A stretch of 64,000 nucleotides of DNA from Planctomycetota bacterium (GTDB lineage Bacteria > Planctomycetota > Phycisphaerae > WQYP01): NCBI GenBank assembly GCA_021851715.1, contig JAJZCR010000003.1, positions 6,667-70,666 on the forward strand, given 5' to 3'. This document shows positions 62,220 to 64,000 of this stretch, piece after piece (position 1 is the stretch's first letter; each line of letters begins with the position of its first letter). A program made the translations under genes and the position numbers. The notes beneath the pieces are model-generated. The model did no database searches. It saw nothing but the letters and a program-made list of their open reading frames with translations, and was not told the origin of the DNA.

Positions 62220-63728
62220 ATGCTTTCAGAAAACCTGTTCTCACGGGAGCGGATACGCTGGTTTTCGATCATGGCGCTGGTCATGATGGTGATCATGCTC
62301 GCCGCTCCCTTGTTTGCTCAAACAACAACCGCTCCGGCTCCGCCAACCAGTGCGCCGGCTGCGGTCAATTATGCCACTCCCACATGGCTTTCGCATGGCG
62401 ATACGGCTTGGCAGCTTATTGCCGCCACGATCGTAGGCATGCAAAGCATTCCGGGTTTGGCCATCCTGTACGGCGGCGTGGTCAAGAAAAAGTGGGCCGT
62501 CAATTCCGCCTTCATGGTTTTTTACGCTTTTTCAGCTGTGCTTATTGCGTGGCTGCTGTGGGCGTATAACATGGGATTCGGCCCGGAATGGACGTCATTT
62601 CTCGGACACCCTGCACCGGTGGCCAATATGCTGGATGAATTAAACCAGGCCATTGTGCCGGGGCCGAATCCGGCGTCACCATTTGCCTCGCCTGCGTTTC
62701 CGATGGCCGCCATGGTCTACTTCCAGTTTGTATTTGCAGCTATTACGCTGATTTTAATTGCCGGATCGCTCTTCGGTCGCATGAGCTTTGTGGCCTGGAT
62801 GCTTTTTGTTCCGCTGTGGCTGACTTTTTCCTACACTGTCGGGGCCTTTACCTTGTGGGGCGGAGGCTGGTTGGCTCAATGGGGCGTGATTGACTATTCG
62901 GGTGGATATGTGATTCACCTGGCTGCGGGCGCCAGCGCCTTCACTGCAGCAGCAATCATTGGCCCGCGACTTCCGCAGGATCGCAGCAACTTCAAAGCCA
63001 ACAATATCCTGATGGTGCTGGCCGGTGCCGGCATGGTCTGGCTGGGCTGGAACGGCTTCAACGGCGGTGATCCATATTCGGCTAATGCCGATGCCGCGGT
63101 CGCTGTCTTGAATACCAATGTGGCCACTGCCGCTGCCCTCTTGGTGTGGATGCTTTGCGATTACGCCAAATATGGCAAACCGTCGGTCCTTGGTGCGGTC
63201 AATGGCATGATTGCCGGCTTGGTGGCAATTACACCCTCCGCCGGTGTGTGCAACGGATACGGGGCGCTGATTATAGGATTGTGCGCCGGCACCATTCCGT
63301 GGTTCACCATGAATGTCCTTGGCTCCAAGCTTGCCATCTTCAAAAAGGTGGATGACTGCCTGGGTGTTGTGCATACGCATGGAGTGGCCGGCTTGACCGG
63401 TGGCCTGTTGGTTGGCCTCCTGGCCACCACTCAGGGTGAATCTGCCTTTGCTTGTGTGAACACCAACGGCGGCTTGTTTTACGGTGGTGGAATACACCAG
63501 TTGCAGTTGCAGCTTTGGGGTGCAGGTTTCATCATTGCCCTCAATGTGATTGTGACGGCTGTAATTCTCTACGTGATCAAGATCTTTGTGCCGCTGCGCA
63601 TGTCGGATTCCATGCTCAAGATTGGCGATCATGCAGTCCATGGTGAAGAGGCTTATGGGCTTGCCGAGGACGACTACAGCGACTCAGACCCAGCAGCGAC
63701 CGGGCACGCTGCGAGTGTGTCAGTGTAA
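62220..63728 (+). CDS. amtB: Ammonium transporter (Amt family)
   Basis: GDTAW, PGLAILYGG, FQFVFAAIT, DYSGGYVIH, GWNGFNGG, GLVAITP, DDCLGVVHTHG. GGAG Shine-Dalgarno before ATG 62220. Confidence 0.96.
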   Translation: MLSENLFSRERIRWFSIMALVMMVIMLAAPLFAQTTTAPAPPTSAPAAVNYATPTWLSHGDTAWQLIAATIVGMQSIPGLAILYGGVVKKKWAVNSAFMVFYAFSAVLIAWLLWAYNMGFGPEWTSFLGHPAPVANMLDELNQAIVPGPNPASPFASPAFPMAAMVYFQFVFAAITLILIAGSLFGRMSFVAWMLFVPLWLTFSYTVGAFTLWGGGWLAQWGVIDYSGGYVIHLAAGASAFTAAAIIGPRLPQDRSNFKANNILMVLAGAGMVWLGWNGFNGGDPYSANADAAVAVLNTNVATAAALLVWMLCDYAKYGKPSVLGAVNGMIAGLVAITPSAGVCNGYGALIIGLCAGTIPWFTMNVLGSKLAIFKKVDDCLGVVHTHGVAGLTGGLLVGLLATTQGESAFACVNTNGGLFYGGGIHQLQLQLWGAGFIIALNVIVTAVILYVIKIFVPLRMSDSMLKIGDHAVHGEEAYGLAEDDYSDSDPAATGHAASVSV

Positions 63729-63735
63729 GTTGTAG

Positions 63736-63773
63736 GGTATCGCTGCCCGGGGTTTAACCAGGGCAGCGATACC
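63736..63773 (+). terminator. Hairpin after amt, probable terminator
   Basis: Perfect 13-bp stem GGTATCGCTGCCC/GGGCAGCGATACC followed by TGTTT. Confidence 0.65.
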
Positions 63774-63802
63774 TGTTTCCGAGTGTTTTGGTGTTATGGT
63801 GC

Positions 63803-63832
63803 ATGAGCCTCGGCTTGACCGCCGAGGCTCAT
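63803..63832. repeat. Second perfect hairpin
   Basis: ATGAGCCTCGGC-TTGACC-GCCGAGGCTCAT: 12-bp stem, 6-nt loop, no U-tract. Confidence 0.6.
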
Positions 63833-64000
63833 CGCGCCAGGAGGCGGACCTGATTTGCCGAAGCGCCACTATGACTTAGAGTTGCAGGGGATGTTCAAGA
63901 ACATTCCGGGCATTGCTTCAATAACTCCCGTGACGGAGGAAAAGTATCCGCGTCGGGCCGGTTATCACCTGCACTATAAAACGCTTGTGCGCCGGAGCGA

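Overview
A GC-rich bacterial chromosomal segment, most likely from a planctomycete and plausibly Phycisphaerae. This is inferred from a LEPR-XLL leader, a DUF1559/H-X9-DG prepilin-like gene and a 1240-aa SecA. The flanks are mostly housekeeping or metabolic. The left flank has an SGNH hydrolase, AraC, PhyH, a fabF-like gene, xseB, purU, oppAB, a nucleotide-sugar dehydrogenase, an S41 protease, der and secA. The right flank has tal, pgi, a Gfo/Idh/MocA-GH4-SIS sugar cluster converging on a sugar ABC transporter, ubiD, a GHMP kinase, gltX and a sigma54-preceded amt. The most notable region is 23.3-42.5 kb. It is an array of four large secreted paralogues sharing an unassigned clan GH-A-like barrel (NExWN...YEG/AG), three with PA14 domains. 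They are interleaved with three 95-97% identical copies of the 3' end of a prepilin-type H-X9-DG gene: one intact gene, one frameshifted fragment and one fused in frame to a hydrolase-like gene. The array also has a duplicated tandem TTTGCGCAAA operator, a decayed LEPR-XLL leader copy and a small IS-like remnant. Other leads are a signal-peptide uORF ending in APPP upstream of secA (possible SecM analogue), about five helical repeats inside SecA, a solute-binding protein/permease fusion apparently broken by a deletion, and a long amt leader with a strongly initiated 3-codon ORF. No rRNA, tRNA, CRISPR array, integrase or reverse transcriptase was seen. All family assignments come from motifs recognised by eye, not from database searches.
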